Source: Octopus bimaculoides (lineage: Eukaryota). Taken from it: a DNA stretch of 64,000 nt. Location: NCBI RefSeq assembly GCF_001194135.2, contig NC_069003.1, positions 31,150,124-31,214,123 on the forward strand, written 5' to 3'. Each line of letters starts with the position of its first letter. Position 1 is the first letter of the stretch. Position numbers and translations under genes: made by a program. Under the pieces are notes generated by a model, which saw nothing but the letters and a program-made list of their open reading frames with translations, had not been told where the DNA came from and ran no database searches. Positions 50,761 through 64,000 of this stretch are shown here, piece by piece.

Positions 50761-52934
50761 ATTCAATTTAACACCCATATATATCTTTATATATATCTAT
50801 ATAGCTATGTATCTATATGTATGTTTGGAATGATTGATCAAAAGTGCTCACACACTATGTAAAACCTTCTTTCCAAAAAAGGTTAGTAACATCCTGATGA
50901 AAGATTTTATAACATTTAAAAAAAAAAATCATTCTTTAAAAAGTGACCATTACACTTCAAGACTGTATTAAGTAATTTCATAGACTTTAAAAAATATATA
51001 TGTCTGTGTATGTGTGTATTTACGACAGGTTTCTGCAGAATGGAATTGAACCAGATAGTCATGAAGTAAACTTCTTAATCACACAGCCATGTCTACTCCA
51101 ACAATGCACATTCTAGGAAACAAGCCAATAATCAAACTAATTTAAAAACTTTGGTGACTTGTTCAAACTTCAGACATAATAAAATTTTCAAAAGTTGTGC
51201 AAAATTCTAAAAAGAAAATGAGACTGTTTTCCAAATTCCCATTTGACAAACAAAAAAATTAAAAATTAATAAAAAAGTTTTTAAATTGCTACTTCCAAAT
51301 TATCTCTATTTAAAAATAAAGGCAGAACTCCAGAAAGAAATAATATTTGCTAATTTAATTCATTGTTGAATTTTCTGACAATTACGCTAATCCATTTAAT
51401 ATTTCAACCAGTTTTCAAGCTGAATAAAGGTGAATTAACAATCTTAAAATGTCCGCCTCTCAATTATTTAGTGCTTGCTAACTACTAGATTAATCTTTCT
51501 TTGTGTCAGCTGCAAATACATGAGAAAACAACCATTAACACAACATTCAATTTTGAAATGTAAATCCTTAGCAACACAGAGTGATTTGTTGTTTAGAAAC
51601 AGTTATACATACACCCATTTTCAGTATGCATACACACACACATGATTTAGTTATCTTTATGTATATTCTTTGCAAGTTCTGTTTCGTTCCACCCTCTACA
51701 TTACAAATTTATGAATACTGCAACATTACGACAGTATTAGGGTAATGACCACAGACATTGTTCAAAGGTATAACGATCTTGCCAGACACTAGTCTCAGGC
51801 TCAGCTGACAACACTTGATATAAGACCCTGTGTAAGATGAAAGATCCTCATCTATGATTTTGAAATGTGGGTGTGTAGGAAAATGTTACAAGGACCATGA
51901 GATAAATGAATGGGTGTTACAACTAGAAACAAAAAGAGAAACGAGAACATAAAAAACATAGAAAACGAACTTTTTTTTTAACAACATGAAGGGAAAGTTC
52001 TTTATGTTGCCTGTCTCATTTCTCTATTTGTTTCTTTCATTGTTCGAAAAAAGTTCGTTTTCTATGTGTTTTTTATGTTCTCGTTTCTCTTTTTGCTCAC
52101 ATTTTTTTTATGTCCTGTATCCATATATGCACGTATATATACATATATATATAGGTATGTACATATATGTAGGTATATATGTATATACTTATATATTATT
52201 TATATATATATATATAGGGTGAAGAAGGGAGTTTGATGCTGCTGCCCTCATCTGTGTTTCCTACTGAGAGGTAGGCTCATCTGGAACCCTTGACAGGAGG
52301 AGATCAAAACTAAAAGACTAGTGCTCTTCAAGTGAAATCCTTTATGTTATTTACTTTGCTCTGAGTTCCAGATACCCCACCCCACCGCATAAATCACAAC
52401 TACAGAATGGCAGCAAATCTGTGATTGGCTCAATTGGTTCCATAAAAACCAGTAATCAATGACAGTTCACTAATTGCAACATAAAATGCAAGTAAAAAAT
52501 AATGCATTTAAAAAAAAATTACATTTCATCCTATTGAAGAAAAATGCATAGGTGTCTTGTCACAAACAACTGCAGAATCACTATAATCACTATAAGTTTT
52601 AATAGCAGCCTTAAATTTTGTTTTCTGAACAACGATGCATGTAAAATAATATTCAACGTTTGTATTGCTATGGTTCGACATGAATTTTATCAATACTTTA
52701 TCTCGCATATACTAGATAATTATTGATTTCTTTATCTCTTAGATTCAAAACTCTTAATAAAACTTTAAAAAGAATATAGTAGACTGACATAATCCTCAAG
52801 TTAGAGATTTCTATTGAATCAGCAGAAGACCAATATTTGTAAAGAAAGAGAATTGGCTGAACTAAGACCAGAGTATTTATGGTGGTTATATTGTTCGTCT
52901 TTGACTGATATTAGTCAAACTGCCCTAGCTATAT

Positions 52935-53350
52935 AGGTGTAGGCATGGTTGTGTGGTAATAAGCTTCTTTCCTATCCGCACGGTTCGTCGTTCAGTCCCA
53001 CAGTGTGGCACTTTTGGCAAGTATCTTCTACTATAGTCCAGGGTTGATTAAAACCTGGTAAGTGGATTCGGAAGATGGAAACTGAAAGAAGCCCATTGTA
53101 TATGTTTGTGTGTGTCTTTGTGTCTGAGTTTGTCTTCTTCCACCACTGCTTGACAATTGGCGTTGGTTTGTTTATGCCCCTGTAACTTAGCAGTCTAGGA
53201 AAAGTGACCAACAGAATAGGTACTAGGCTTCAAACAAAAAAAAAATAAATAAATAAAAAAGAAGATACTGGGGTTGATTTGTTCAACTAAATATTCTTTG
53301 AGGCAGTGCTCCAGCATGGCCACAGTCTAATGACTGAAACAAATAAAAAA
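52935..53350 (+). mobile_element. SINE C/D composite, full length, diverged
   Basis: GTAGGCATGGTTGTGTGGTAATAAGC...GTTCAGTCCCAC...GGAAACTGAAAGAAGCCC...CATGGCCACAGTCTAATGACTGAAACAA. Confidence 0.85.
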
Positions 53351-54052
53351 GGGACGATCAAAGATACAAGATCAAATTATATCATTTACTGAGACGTACT
53401 TTACTCATGGTAAAAAAAAGAACAATAACAGTTCATTCTGTGGTGACCCAATAGCTAGAGTGTTGGGCTTATGGTCATTAGGGTCAAGGGATCGATTCTG
53501 TAACCAGGCAATTCATTGTCTCATTCAGCAAGGTACTACTTTCCATATCGCCCTACCATCTCAGTTGAAAATGGTTGACAACAAATGCTGGGGTTTACTC
53601 TTGTGACACAATCAAGGGTGAACCTTCTACACTCAGTTGTTTTACCCTTTAGCATTCAGATTATCCAATCAAATATAATGCTTATATAGTCATAGTCGTG
53701 ACTAGTCTTTTCGATAGCTCAGTATAATCATTAGTGTGAGCCATGTCTATTGATGATTGCAGTATTTCTCTGTCTCAACCAGCTGACCCTGGTCATTGAT
53801 GAACTGGTCAAAGGGAGATAATCCATCCTCATTGACCTAGATTGATTATTCTTTGGTTACTACTGATTGTAAAGGATTCCTGCCTCCCAGGGTTAAAAAG
53901 TTACATTTGTCTTCGGCTTTAGAGTCTCACAAGCCATCTATGGGGCTAGGATCATCATGGATGTGAAACCATTAGCGACTCTATGACTGGACATAGACTT
54001 AACTACATATAAATAAAAAAAATATAAATCTGTGTGTGTGTAAATATATATG

Positions 54053-54146
54053 GTTGGCACTCCGTCGGTTACGACGACGAGGGTTCCAGTTGAACCCCTA
54101 AGTATGTGGTTAGTAAGAAAGCTACTTACCACACAGCCACGCCTGT
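54053..54146 (-). mobile_element. Juxtaposed fragments: SINE A 3' tip (54053-54093) and SINE C head (54100-54146)
   Basis: GTTGGCACTCCGTCGGTTACGACGACGAGGGTTCCAGTTG followed by GCTACTTACCACACAGCCACGCCTG. Confidence 0.75.
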
Positions 54147-54154
54147 GCTTATAT

Positions 54155-54192
<38 letters not shown>

Positions 54193-54397
54193 NNNNNNNN
54201 NNNNNNNNNNNNNNNNNNNNNNNNNNNNNNNNNNNNNNNNNNNNNNNNNNNNNNNNNNNNNNNNNNNNNNNNNNNNNNNNNNNNNNNNNNNNNNNNNNNN
54301 NNNNNNNNNNNNNNNNNNNNNNNNNNNNNNNNNNNNNNNNNNNNNNNNNNNNNNNATATATATACCCATGCTAGCATGGAAAGCGGACGTTAAACGA

Positions 54398-54459
<62 letters not shown>

Positions 54460-55040
54460 TATATATTTTCAAAAGACCAAACATTAAATCAGTGTAAAAA
54501 TTGACCAGTCAGTCACACATGAAAATATAATTAAATCTGGTTAATTGCACAAGATTATTTTCTCTTTCTAATTTTTGAGTGAAAATTTGCAAACATAGCA
54601 TAAAACTGAACATTCAAAATATTTAATTGATAAAACATACCAGAAACTTTGTCTTCGTGATAAGTTACCATGACAGTATTTAGTACTTCATGTATATACA
54701 CAACATCAAAACTACTAACTGCATTAGCATTTTTCTCATCATTTCAAGGAATAAAAATCAATCAAAAGTACAGATTCCTACATATATTTTTTATCTCATA
54801 TTTAATTGAGTAATAAATTTCTTCTATAACTACATATTCATTAGAGATAAAAAAATTTGTAAACAGTTTTAGATCAAGCAGTAAACAAATATCGTTTTGT
54901 TGTTTCAGTTCAGCAATAACATTAGCCTGTGATTTGACCTTATAAAATATAATAATTATAGGCAGTATGAAAGTAGTTATTACCATTAAATTGACTTAAA
55001 AAACATATGAAAGATACTCTCCTGTCTAGCTTGGGTAAGT

Positions 55041-55712
55041 GAAGGCGCAATGGCCCAGTCGTTAGGGCAGCAGACTCACGGTCATAGGATCGCCGTTTTG
55101 ATTCCCAGACCGGGCGTTGTGAGTGTTTATTGAGCGAAAACACCTAAAGCTCCACAAGGCTCCAGCAGGGGATGGTGGCGCACCCTGCTGTACTCTTCCA
55201 CCACAGCTTTCTTCAATTCAACTTTATTCAATTCAAAGTACAAAATATGGACTGGCTCTTGTGCGGGTGACACAAGAAATTTTTCGAGCGAGACCGTTGC
55301 CAGTACCACTGGACTGGCTCTTGTGCGGGGCCGTTGTAGGATTTTCGAGCGAGATCATTNNNNNNNNNNNNNNNNNNNNNNNNNNNNNNNNNNNNNNNNN
55401 NNNNNNNNNNNNNNNNNNNNNNNNNNNNNNNNNNNNNNNGCAGGGGATGGTGGCGCACCCTGCTGTACTCTTCCACCACAGCTTTCTTCAATTCAACTTT
55501 ATTCAATTCAAAGTACAAAATATGGACTGGCTCTTGTGCGGGTGACACGTAAAAGCACTCACTACACTCTCTGAGTCGTTGGCGTTAGGAAGGGCATCCA
55601 GCTGTAAAAACTCTGCCAAATCAGATTGGAGCCTGGTGTAGCCATCTGGTTTCACCAGTCCTCAGTCAAATCGTCCAACCCATGCTAGCATGGAAAGCGA
55701 ACGTTAAACAAC
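55041..55712 (+). mobile_element. SINE A 5' half (55041-55212) followed by SINE B (to 55712), split by a 100-N gap with duplicated flanks
   Basis: A head GAAGGCGCAATGGCCCAGTCG...GATTCCCAGACCGGGCG and B body GTAAAAGCAC...GCTAGCATGGAAAGCGAACGTTAAA. About 55167-55273 is repeated at 55440-55547. Confidence 0.8.
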
Positions 55713-55749
55713 GATGTATAGTATGAGTTCCTGATCACTTTAAGTTCTG

Positions 55750-56280
55750 TGTAATGTCTCAATATCTTACAAGTAATCTATCTTGCACAACTCCTTTGAA
55801 AGAGTTGTGGCACCAGAGACATATAATTTTGTTTGTAAATTGTTTGTTAGATATTCAAAGAATGGTGAATCTTAATAATCTTTGTTCTCTTCATTTTCTT
55901 TGTTATTTATCTGAGAAGGGGTTTTTTGTGTCAATTTGAAGAAGTCTTTTTTTCCCGTTTGTTTTCATCATTGTATGCTGAGTGTTCATTTTCTGCAATT
56001 TGTTTCCTTTTTTCACCTTTTATGTTTTCATTGAGCATTTAGGAATTTTCATCTGTAAGTATTCCTTCCTCGCTGCACAACATAATTGTGATACTACAAG
56101 TTGATTCCATTAGGGAATAAGGTATTTGCTCATCTACCTGTGATACTTAGCCTAAAGATATCTCTTTCATTATCGCCAGAGTTTTGGTTGGTGATGCTTT
56201 GGAAGCTGGCGTTTATTGCTCTTCTTATATAGCTGCTGTTGACTATTATATTTCCTGTTCTTCCAGGCAATCAGCTCTAG
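55750..56280 (-). pseudogene. Very old RLE-class LINE C-terminal relic (tentative)
   Basis: Broken minus frames give AAI*E..AIN, DIFRL, RKEYL, LLQIDT, NKENEENKDY*D and VSGAT in the order expected for the R4/Hero-type zinc knuckle-RLE tail. Confidence 0.3.
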
Positions 56281-56444
56281 AATTACTTTTCGCTCCCAAA
56301 AATATAACAACTAGCGTTTCTAATCTTTATCATTAATTGAATACACTTTGTCACGGCACATTCTACTAGACACAGTCCTGGTATGGCTCTTGGGGTTTTT
56401 GGTGTTATCACCATCATCACCACCACCACCGGAATAGGAAACAT

Positions 56445-57105
56445 TAGCACGCTGGACAAAATGCTTAGTGGTATTTCATCTGTCGGTGAGCTGGCAGAAC
56501 CGTTAGCACGCCGGGCGAAATGCTTAGCAGTATTTCGTCTGCCGTTACGTTCTGAGTTCAAATTCCGCTGAGGTCGACTTTGCCTTTCATCCTTTCGGGG
56601 TCGATAAATTAAGTACCAGTTACGCACTGGGGTCGATCTAATTGACTTAATCCGTTCGTCTGTTCTTGTTTGTTCCCTCTATGTTTAGCCCCTTGTGGGC
56701 AATAATGAAATAGGTATTTCATCTGTCTTTAGATTCTGAGTTCAAATTCCACCAAGGTCGACTTTGGCTTTCATCCTTTCGGAGTCAATAAATTAAGTAC
56801 CAATTGCATACTGGAATCGATCTAATCAACTGGTTTCTTCCCAAAGAATTTCAGGCCTTGTGCCTAGAGTAGAAAGGAATATTAAAGGCAGCAAGCTGTC
56901 AGAATCATTAGCATGCTGGGCAAAATGCTTAGCGGCATTTCGTCTGTCTTTATGTTCTAAGATCAAATTCCGCTGAGGTCGACTTTGGCTTTCATCCTTT
57001 CGGGGTCGATAAATTAAGTACCAGTTGCATACTGAGGTCGATCTAATCGGCTGGCCACCTCCCCCAAAATTTTGGACCTTGTGCCTAAAGTGGAAAAGAA
57101 TATTA
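56445..57105 (+). mobile_element. Head-to-tail cluster of SINE family E (one partial plus three copies; tRNA-like head, Deu/Nin-like core inferred)
   Basis: GAGCTGGCAGAACCGTTAGC (A-box-like), CTGAGTTCAAATTCC (B box) and GTC(G/A)ACTTT..CTTTCATCCTTTCGG.GTC.ATAAATTAAGTACC recur at about 56484, 56713 and 56885. Confidence 0.9.
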
Positions 57106-57594
57106 ATGGAAGGTTTTAATCAATATTAAGGGAAGGTTTTGTCTTTATACAGCTGCTATATGAATGGACTTAAGTAATAAGAACTAGGTAAGAATTGATA
57201 CTGCTGTTGTTGTTGTTGTTGTCACTCTCATTCAAATTACTTATTTGAGTTCTTGGTACATTTTCTTCTGTTAATTATTCATATCATTAATTTTTTTCCT
57301 TCCTCTTTACATTTAGCTGTATGTTTGTCACATGACACAATTAAGTATAATAATCATTTTCCAATGTGAATATAGAATTTTTAAAAGCTTGTGAAACGAA
57401 GCTCTGATTTTCCCTTGTCTACCTCCAAGTATTAAAAGCTGCCTTTCCTTAGGCAATTACTGTTCTTTTTATTACTTCAAAGGAAATTTCATTTGGTAAA
57501 GCTTGAAACGTAATATGTTGTGAAGGAAGAATAAAAAAAAAAGAAAGAAGACATTGTCACACTACAAGTGTCAGTAGAAACAACAACAACAACA

Positions 57595-57720
57595 GTAAGA
57601 ATAATAATAACAACAGTAATAATAATAATAATAATAATGATAGTAATAATAATAATGATAACAATGATATGAATAAGAATGATAATAATAATGATAATAA
57701 TGATAATAATAATAATAATG

Positions 57721-57815
<95 letters not shown>

Positions 57816-57847
57816 AAGAAGAAGAAGAAGAAGAAGAAGAAGAAGAA
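57595..57847. repeat. (TAA)n/(GAA)n compound microsatellite
   Basis: Directly visible. Confidence 0.95.
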
Positions 57848-58276
57848 TTGTATTTTTTAAGAGAATAATGATCACCATCATAATTACAGCAATAAAAATA
57901 ATAAATTTCGAATATTAAGGAATCTGTCGCTGGCAAAACTAGAAAAGTAATTGTTATAATTACCAATAAATGAAGCTTTTATTTCACCCATTCAACACCT
58001 TACCTTTTTTTTCTCCCCCTCCAAGTGATATGTCTCCTGAAAGTATAATGCATTAATGGTTTTTACTAGAGAGACATATAACTAATGGTACATCTGAAAA
58101 ATAATGTTTAAAATTACTGAAAATCCTGGCAGTTTGTCAAGAAATTGTTGTAAAAATTTATCAATAAAAGTGATTAAGTGTGGTCATTATGGTGTTTTTT
58201 TTAAAATATATATTGTGTTAGTATTATATATATATCATGTGTGTGTGTATTTTGTACATATATGTATATATATATA

Positions 58277-58317
<41 letters not shown>

Positions 58318-61300
58318 CATAATATAATATTATTTTTCATTATATATATATATTGTATGTGTGTATTTGTGCATATATATATATATNNNNNNNNNNNNNN
58401 NNNNNNNNNNNNNNNNNNNNNNNNNNNNNNNNNNNNNNNNNNNNNNNNNNNNNNNNNNNNNNNNNNNNNNNNNNNNNNNNNNNNNNNNNNNNNNNNNNNN
58501 NNNNNNNNNNNNNNNNNNNNNNNNNNNNNNNNNNNNNNNNNNNNNNNNNNNNNNNNNNNNNNNNNNNNNNNNNNNNNNNNNNNNNNNNNNNNNNNNNNNN
58601 NNNNNNNNNNNNNNNNNNNNNNNNNNNNNNNNNNNNNNNNNNNNNNNNNNNNNNNNNNNNNNNNNNNNNNNNNNNNNNNNNNNNNNNNNNNNNNNCATGT
58701 TTACATATGTGTGTATATTATATTATTATTCTTATTATTTTTATTATCATCATCGTCATCATCAAGATACAGAATTGAAATAGTTCTCGTCTTGTTTACA
58801 TTTGGAATTAAAGAAGATTGACACCTCTCTTCATCTCTAGGTAAAAGAAATATCAGTAATGCCATAGAAATAGAAAGAGACGGAAGTAAAAGAAAGAAGA
58901 AAAATAGATGAAGATGAAAAAGAGAAAGCAAAAGAGAAAAAGGAACAACAGCAAAAAAAAAGGACAAAAACAGAAAAAGAAAATGAAAGAGAAAAGAAAA
59001 AGACAAACGAATGAAAAAGCAGAAAAAAAAACAGAAAAGAGAAAATAAAATAATGGAAACAAGACAAAAAGAAAAATTATGTAATGGTAAAGAAGTAAGA
59101 AAGAAAATAAAGAAAGAAAAAGAAATAAGGGAAGTAGAAGGACGGAATAAGAAAAAAACATGGAAAATGAAGAAAATTGAAGGGAAAAGGTTAAAAAAAT
59201 TCAGACAAAGTATGGAACAAAATATATGAGATAAAGAATTGTGATTTTAATTAAGTTTGATTTGTGAGCTACTGCCCTGGTAGCTCCAGAGTGAAGTGTG
59301 ATAATACAATAATTACAGTATTTAAGTGGAAACAGCATGGCTGAATGGTCAAGTAGTTTTGCTTTAGAATCATGCTGTTTTGGGTTCAATCCCCCTGTGT
59401 AACATTTGGGGGGAGGGGGGCAAATGTCTACTACCATATGACATGAGTTGCCCTTAAACTTGGCAATGAAATCAAGTGGAGAGAAATGTAAATTGCCCCT
59501 TGGATGGATTGCTCTTGTAATTCAAATTAAAGGTCCCTGACTTGCTGATTCTGCTTGAGGATTACGGCAATGGTACACCTGTCTGTGGAATACACAGCCG
59601 CTTACATTACATTATAATTTCATGAACAGGTTGTTCACTGATTGGACAATTATGAAGGTGGTGGTCATCATCACCACCACCACCACCGCCACCACTACAT
59701 AACTACGATCTGATGGAGCTCCCTGGCTTTTCAACGATCTTTCTAGGGGTAAGCAAGCAGGAAATAGCAGCTTCTAACGAAGGACAAAAATCATGTTACA
59801 CAGTGTAAAATCCATAGTTTCAGTTGGTCAAGATTAAGAATCTAACCCCAAACCTGATGAATGCTTTTGATAGGATCCCATAGAGGAGGTGCCTGAAGCT
59901 TCTACTCCCACATCTCTCCGAGAAATAGTGGTTCAAGGTGAAAAGATGGACGGATCTTCTTGTATAATGATATAATCTTGCCATAGTTCTTTTCCAAATC
60001 TAACACTACACTCAGACAATATGGAAAATTATTCAACTGGGATTTGAGACTCAGTGTTATTGAACAGTTAGATTAATCCTTTAATCCGTTGAGTCAGAGG
60101 GAGACAGATTGAGATTTAGTGCTTATAAACTATGTTTAAAAGCACAGATGAACATGACTAGAATTGGCTTTTGTCATGAATCTGAGCTGAGAGTAGAACA
60201 ACAACGATAGCAACAACACCACTACCACCACTCCCATACCAATACCACCATCACCACCATCACTGCCATCACCATCACCAACAACATCACTACCACAGCC
60301 ACAACTACTACCACCTATACCACCAGCACCATCATTGCTACTATTACCATTAACTCACCACCAGCACCACCCTGTCAAAACTACACCCACACAGCCACTG
60401 CCCCATCATTCCACCGCCACCACCACATCATCCCACCNNNNNNNNNNNNNNNNNNNNNNNNNNNNNNNNNNNNNNNNNNNNNNNNNNNNNNNNNNNNNNN
60501 NNNNNNNNNNNNNNNNNNNNNNNNNNNNNNNNNNNNNNNNNNNNNNNNNNNNNNNNNNNNNNNNNNNNNNNNNNNNNNNNNNNNNNNNNNNNNNNNNNNN
60601 NNNNNNNNNNNNNNNNNNNNNNNNNNNNNNNNNCACTACCCCACCACCACCACCACCACCACCACCACCACCACTACCATCACCACCAGCACTTCCACCA
60701 TCACCACCACCACCATTACTACCACAGCTACCACTACCACGAACACCACTTCTATCGCTGCTACTACCGCCATTACCATGAACACCACTATTACTACCAC
60801 TACCACCACTAATACCACCACCACCAACCATATTTTATTCATCAACCCTGTTTGACCTCTGGCTATGGTAGAAAACACTTTCCATACGAAGGTACCACAC
60901 AGTGGGACAGAACCCAGAACCCAGAACCCACCGAGTGGTTGCCAAGCAAACTGTTGAACAACTAAGGGCTGCACCTGCACCCACACTTACACTAAGACAA
61001 AAGGCACCAGCACGACAAATGTAAAAGATAAGGAAACAGCAGTTGTGAGAAAATCAATTTTGCTAACCCAGTTAACTTATTCTTGATTGGAAAACAAAAA
61101 CAACAACAAAAAGAAAAAAAAACAGCAAAAAAAGAAAACAAAAAAAACCCAGCAAAAAAAGAACATCACACATAACGAATACAAAAAAATAAAGAGGAGT
61201 ATACGAACGCAAGAGTTTGATTAAATATTATAATTCTAACATCCTTCCCATCTTGTCTAGAAATTGTATTCACTAACTGCACACTGCTTCATAGAATTCC

Positions 61301-61329
61301 ACTTGTTTATTTTGTATTTTTGTTACTGC

Positions 61330-61365
61330 TGCACTGATTATGATTATTATTAATATTATTATTAA

Positions 61366-61425
<60 letters not shown>

Positions 61426-61604
61426 CATTATTATTATTATTCAGTAGTCTTTTTTTTTTTATATCACATGCTTTCACTGCACTACTGAGCGCAGCTCTGT
61501 GTGCCTTGGGTATGCGCTGTGGTTTGTACCAGTTACATACTGGAGTCAATGTAATTGACTTACCCCTGCTCTAAATTTCAGGCCTTGTGCCAACAGTAGA
61601 AAGG

Positions 61605-61678
<74 letters not shown>

Positions 61679-61698
61679 CATTATTATCATTATTATTA

Positions 61699-61732
<34 letters not shown>

Positions 61733-61752
61733 CATTATTATTATCATTATTA

Positions 61753-61795
<43 letters not shown>

Positions 61796-62760
61796 CATNN
61801 NNNNNNNNNNNNNNNNNNNNNNNNNNNNNNNNNNNNNNNNNNNNNNNNNNNNNNNNNNNNNNNNNNNNNNNNNNNNNNNNNNNNNNNNNNNNNNNNNNNN
61901 NNNNNNNNNNNNNNNNNNNNNNNNNNNNNNNNNNNNNNNNNNNNNNNNNNNNNNNNNNNNNNNNNNNNTGTCATCATAACCATCATCATCATCATTATTT
62001 CCACCCTCCTCTTCCTCCTCCTTCACTTCATCATCATCCTCGTCATCATAATCATCATCATCATTCTCATCATTATCATCATCATCATTTCCACCCCCTC
62101 CTCCTCATCATCATCATCATCCTCACAATCTTCTTCCTCATCTTCATCATCCTCATCATCATCATCATCATCATCTTCATACCCCTCCTCCTCCTCCTNN
62201 NNNNNNNNTGTATATATATCATCATCATCAGCATCATCATGCTCATCAGCATCATCATGCTCATCATCATCATCGTCATTATCCTCCTCCTCTTCATCCT
62301 CATCATCATCATCCTCATCATAATCATCCTCATCATCATAATCATCATCATCATCCTCCCCTCCTCCTCTTCCTCCTCCTCCTCCTCTTCCTCCTCTTCC
62401 TCCTCATCATCATCTTTGTCATCATAACCATCATCATCATCATTATTTCCACCCTCCTCTTCCTCCTCCTTCACTTCATCATCATCCTCGTCATCATAAT
62501 CATCATCATCATTCTCATCATTATCATCATCATCATTTCCACCCCCTCCTCCTCATCATCATCATCATCCTCACAATCTTCTTCCTCATCTTCATCATCC
62601 TCATCATCATCATCATCATCATCTTCATACCCCTCCTCCTCCTCCTCCTCATCATCATCATCATGATAATGACAATGGTAATGGTGATGATGATGATGGT
62701 GACAACAACAATGATGATGATGATGACAATGGTGGTGATGATGCTGATGATGATGATGAC
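61330..62760. repeat. (TTA)n, (TCA)n and (TCC)n low-complexity block with a SINE E fragment (about 61530-61605)
   Basis: Directly visible. About 61969-62198 is repeated essentially identically at about 62417-62646 across a 10-N gap. Confidence 0.9.
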
Positions 62761-63346
62761 AATGGTAGATGGTGGTCACTGTTATGAATGTTTCAAATAG
62801 CTCGCGGGCCTGTTTCCTTACTATACAATTGCCTGTGTGCATAATAAATCAATCAGTCAAATAATTAATGGAGCAGTTAACCCTCATTCCTTTTCCTTAG
62901 AACTTAAAAGTTATTGTCATAGAATTTCAAAATCCTTCTAGATTCATACTATATGGAAGCGGGATGGTTAATAACAGACATGTCAAATGCCCAACTTTGA
63001 TCTTACCAGATTCACAATCCTGGGAGGTGAAGATGTCACGAAATCTAGGAGTATGCTGCTCTTTGAGAACAAAGTGCTAGGAAGGCTGTTGCTATCTAAA
63101 ATATTTATTTGCTGGTGAATCGGTGGAAGAACGGTAATTATAAAGTAACTAGAGAAGGGAAAGAATGGGAAAGGTTAACAGGGTGTACAATAAATGTATG
63201 TAAAACAAATAGATTATCTGCCTCTTTAGTGTGTCCAATAAATATTAAGTGGTTTAATTCAGTTAAGGTGAATTCAATTATAATAAAGTGAATTAAAATT
63301 GAACCAAATTTAGTTAGGAAAAGAGTACTTGATATATTACATAATA

Positions 63347-63675
63347 GGTAATTTAAGAAAGAAAAAGGAGAATCTGTTAGAAGAAAATGCAGGCATTAAT
63401 CTTATTTATAACTAGGGAATTTAATTATGTGAGACTTTTGGATGGAAATTTTAAGAATGTTTTGCGAAATAAGTGAGAACAACTAATTAATAAACTTATT
63501 ATGCTGGTTTAATTAAGCTGTATTGACAACTGAGTATTTTGAGTGCCTCCACTGAACACAACTTACAGTCCTCACTACCTCTTCTGTAAGGAAGGGTACT
63601 ACCTATAATAGATCCATGAAATAGAGTGGTTGGTATTCCACCTTTTGAGATCCTAAATAATCTTTGGGATAATCT
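63347..63675 (+). pseudogene. Very old RLE-class LINE relic (tentative)
   Basis: Broken frames give GNLRKKKENLL (cf. GNLKRETESLL), RMFCE (cf. CRLC), TEYFE.H (cf. EY..RH), WY and LWD in the expected order. Confidence 0.3.
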
Positions 63676-64000
63676 TTGTATTATTCCTCTCCAAAATTGC
63701 TGGTCTTGTGCCAAAATTTGGAACCAGCTTGGAACATACTTATTTAAATTTTGTCCGTATTGATACCTGCGGTTTTACTGTAATTGAATTATAATTAAAG
63801 GCAATTAATCAGTCTTCAGTTATTAAATTTTTCTGAGGACAGTCGTTGGCTTTCTCATTCACAATGCAAATTTGCTACCATCAGCGACTAATGTCAGTCT
63901 TATACAACACCTTGGTTGGCAGCAGAACAATTAAATGACAAAACTGTGTAGGTGTACAAAATTCCAATTAGATAAATAATTGTTTTATTATTGGTAATTT

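Noticed and set aside
51730-51851. Possible 122-nt minus-strand exon (EDLSSYTGSYIKCCQLSLRLVSGKIVIPLNNVCGHYPNTV) with AG/GT ends
   Set aside because: The polypyrimidine tract is weak, no protein similarity is recognisable, and an open frame this short is expected by chance. RNA-seq would be needed.
55167-55547. Apparent tandem duplication of a SINE A/B junction
   Set aside because: It flanks a 100-N gap and is probably redundant contig overlap or a haplotype artefact.
59760-60010. Possible RLE-LINE C-terminal relic on the minus strand (KNYGKII...EPLFLG)
   Set aside because: Too few matching residues to support by eye.
61969-62650. Acidic D/E-rich ORFs with an identical ~230-bp duplication
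   Set aside because: Low-complexity (TCA/TCC)n. The exact duplication straddles a 10-N gap, typical of unmerged overlapping contig ends.

Overview
This is AT-rich, microsatellite-saturated eukaryotic DNA with many N gaps. The SINE families and the (TA/CA/GATA/TAA)n load resemble an octopus-type cephalopod draft assembly; that is an inference from recall, not a database result. I recognise no intact protein-coding gene, rRNA, true tRNA or CRISPR array. The long ORFs in the supplied track are artefacts of N gaps and simple repeats. The window is essentially intronic or intergenic sequence filled with mobile elements. It contains at least six SINE-like families, labelled A-G here for convenience. 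It also has decayed LINE coding relics (CR1, an R4/Dong/Hero-type RT, a CRE-type endonuclease end), piggyBac-type TTAA MITEs, a near-perfect foldback MITE and several minisatellites. The most interesting signal is a tRNA-headed (Pol III) SINE-like element, family F, present in two copies on the minus strand. Its 3' part folds into a complete minimal type-I hammerhead ribozyme of the kind known from Penelope-like elements. The ribozyme is intact at 10556-10601 and has a 3-nt core deletion at 26112-26154. All family assignments were made by eye and need Dfam, Repbase or Rfam confirmation.
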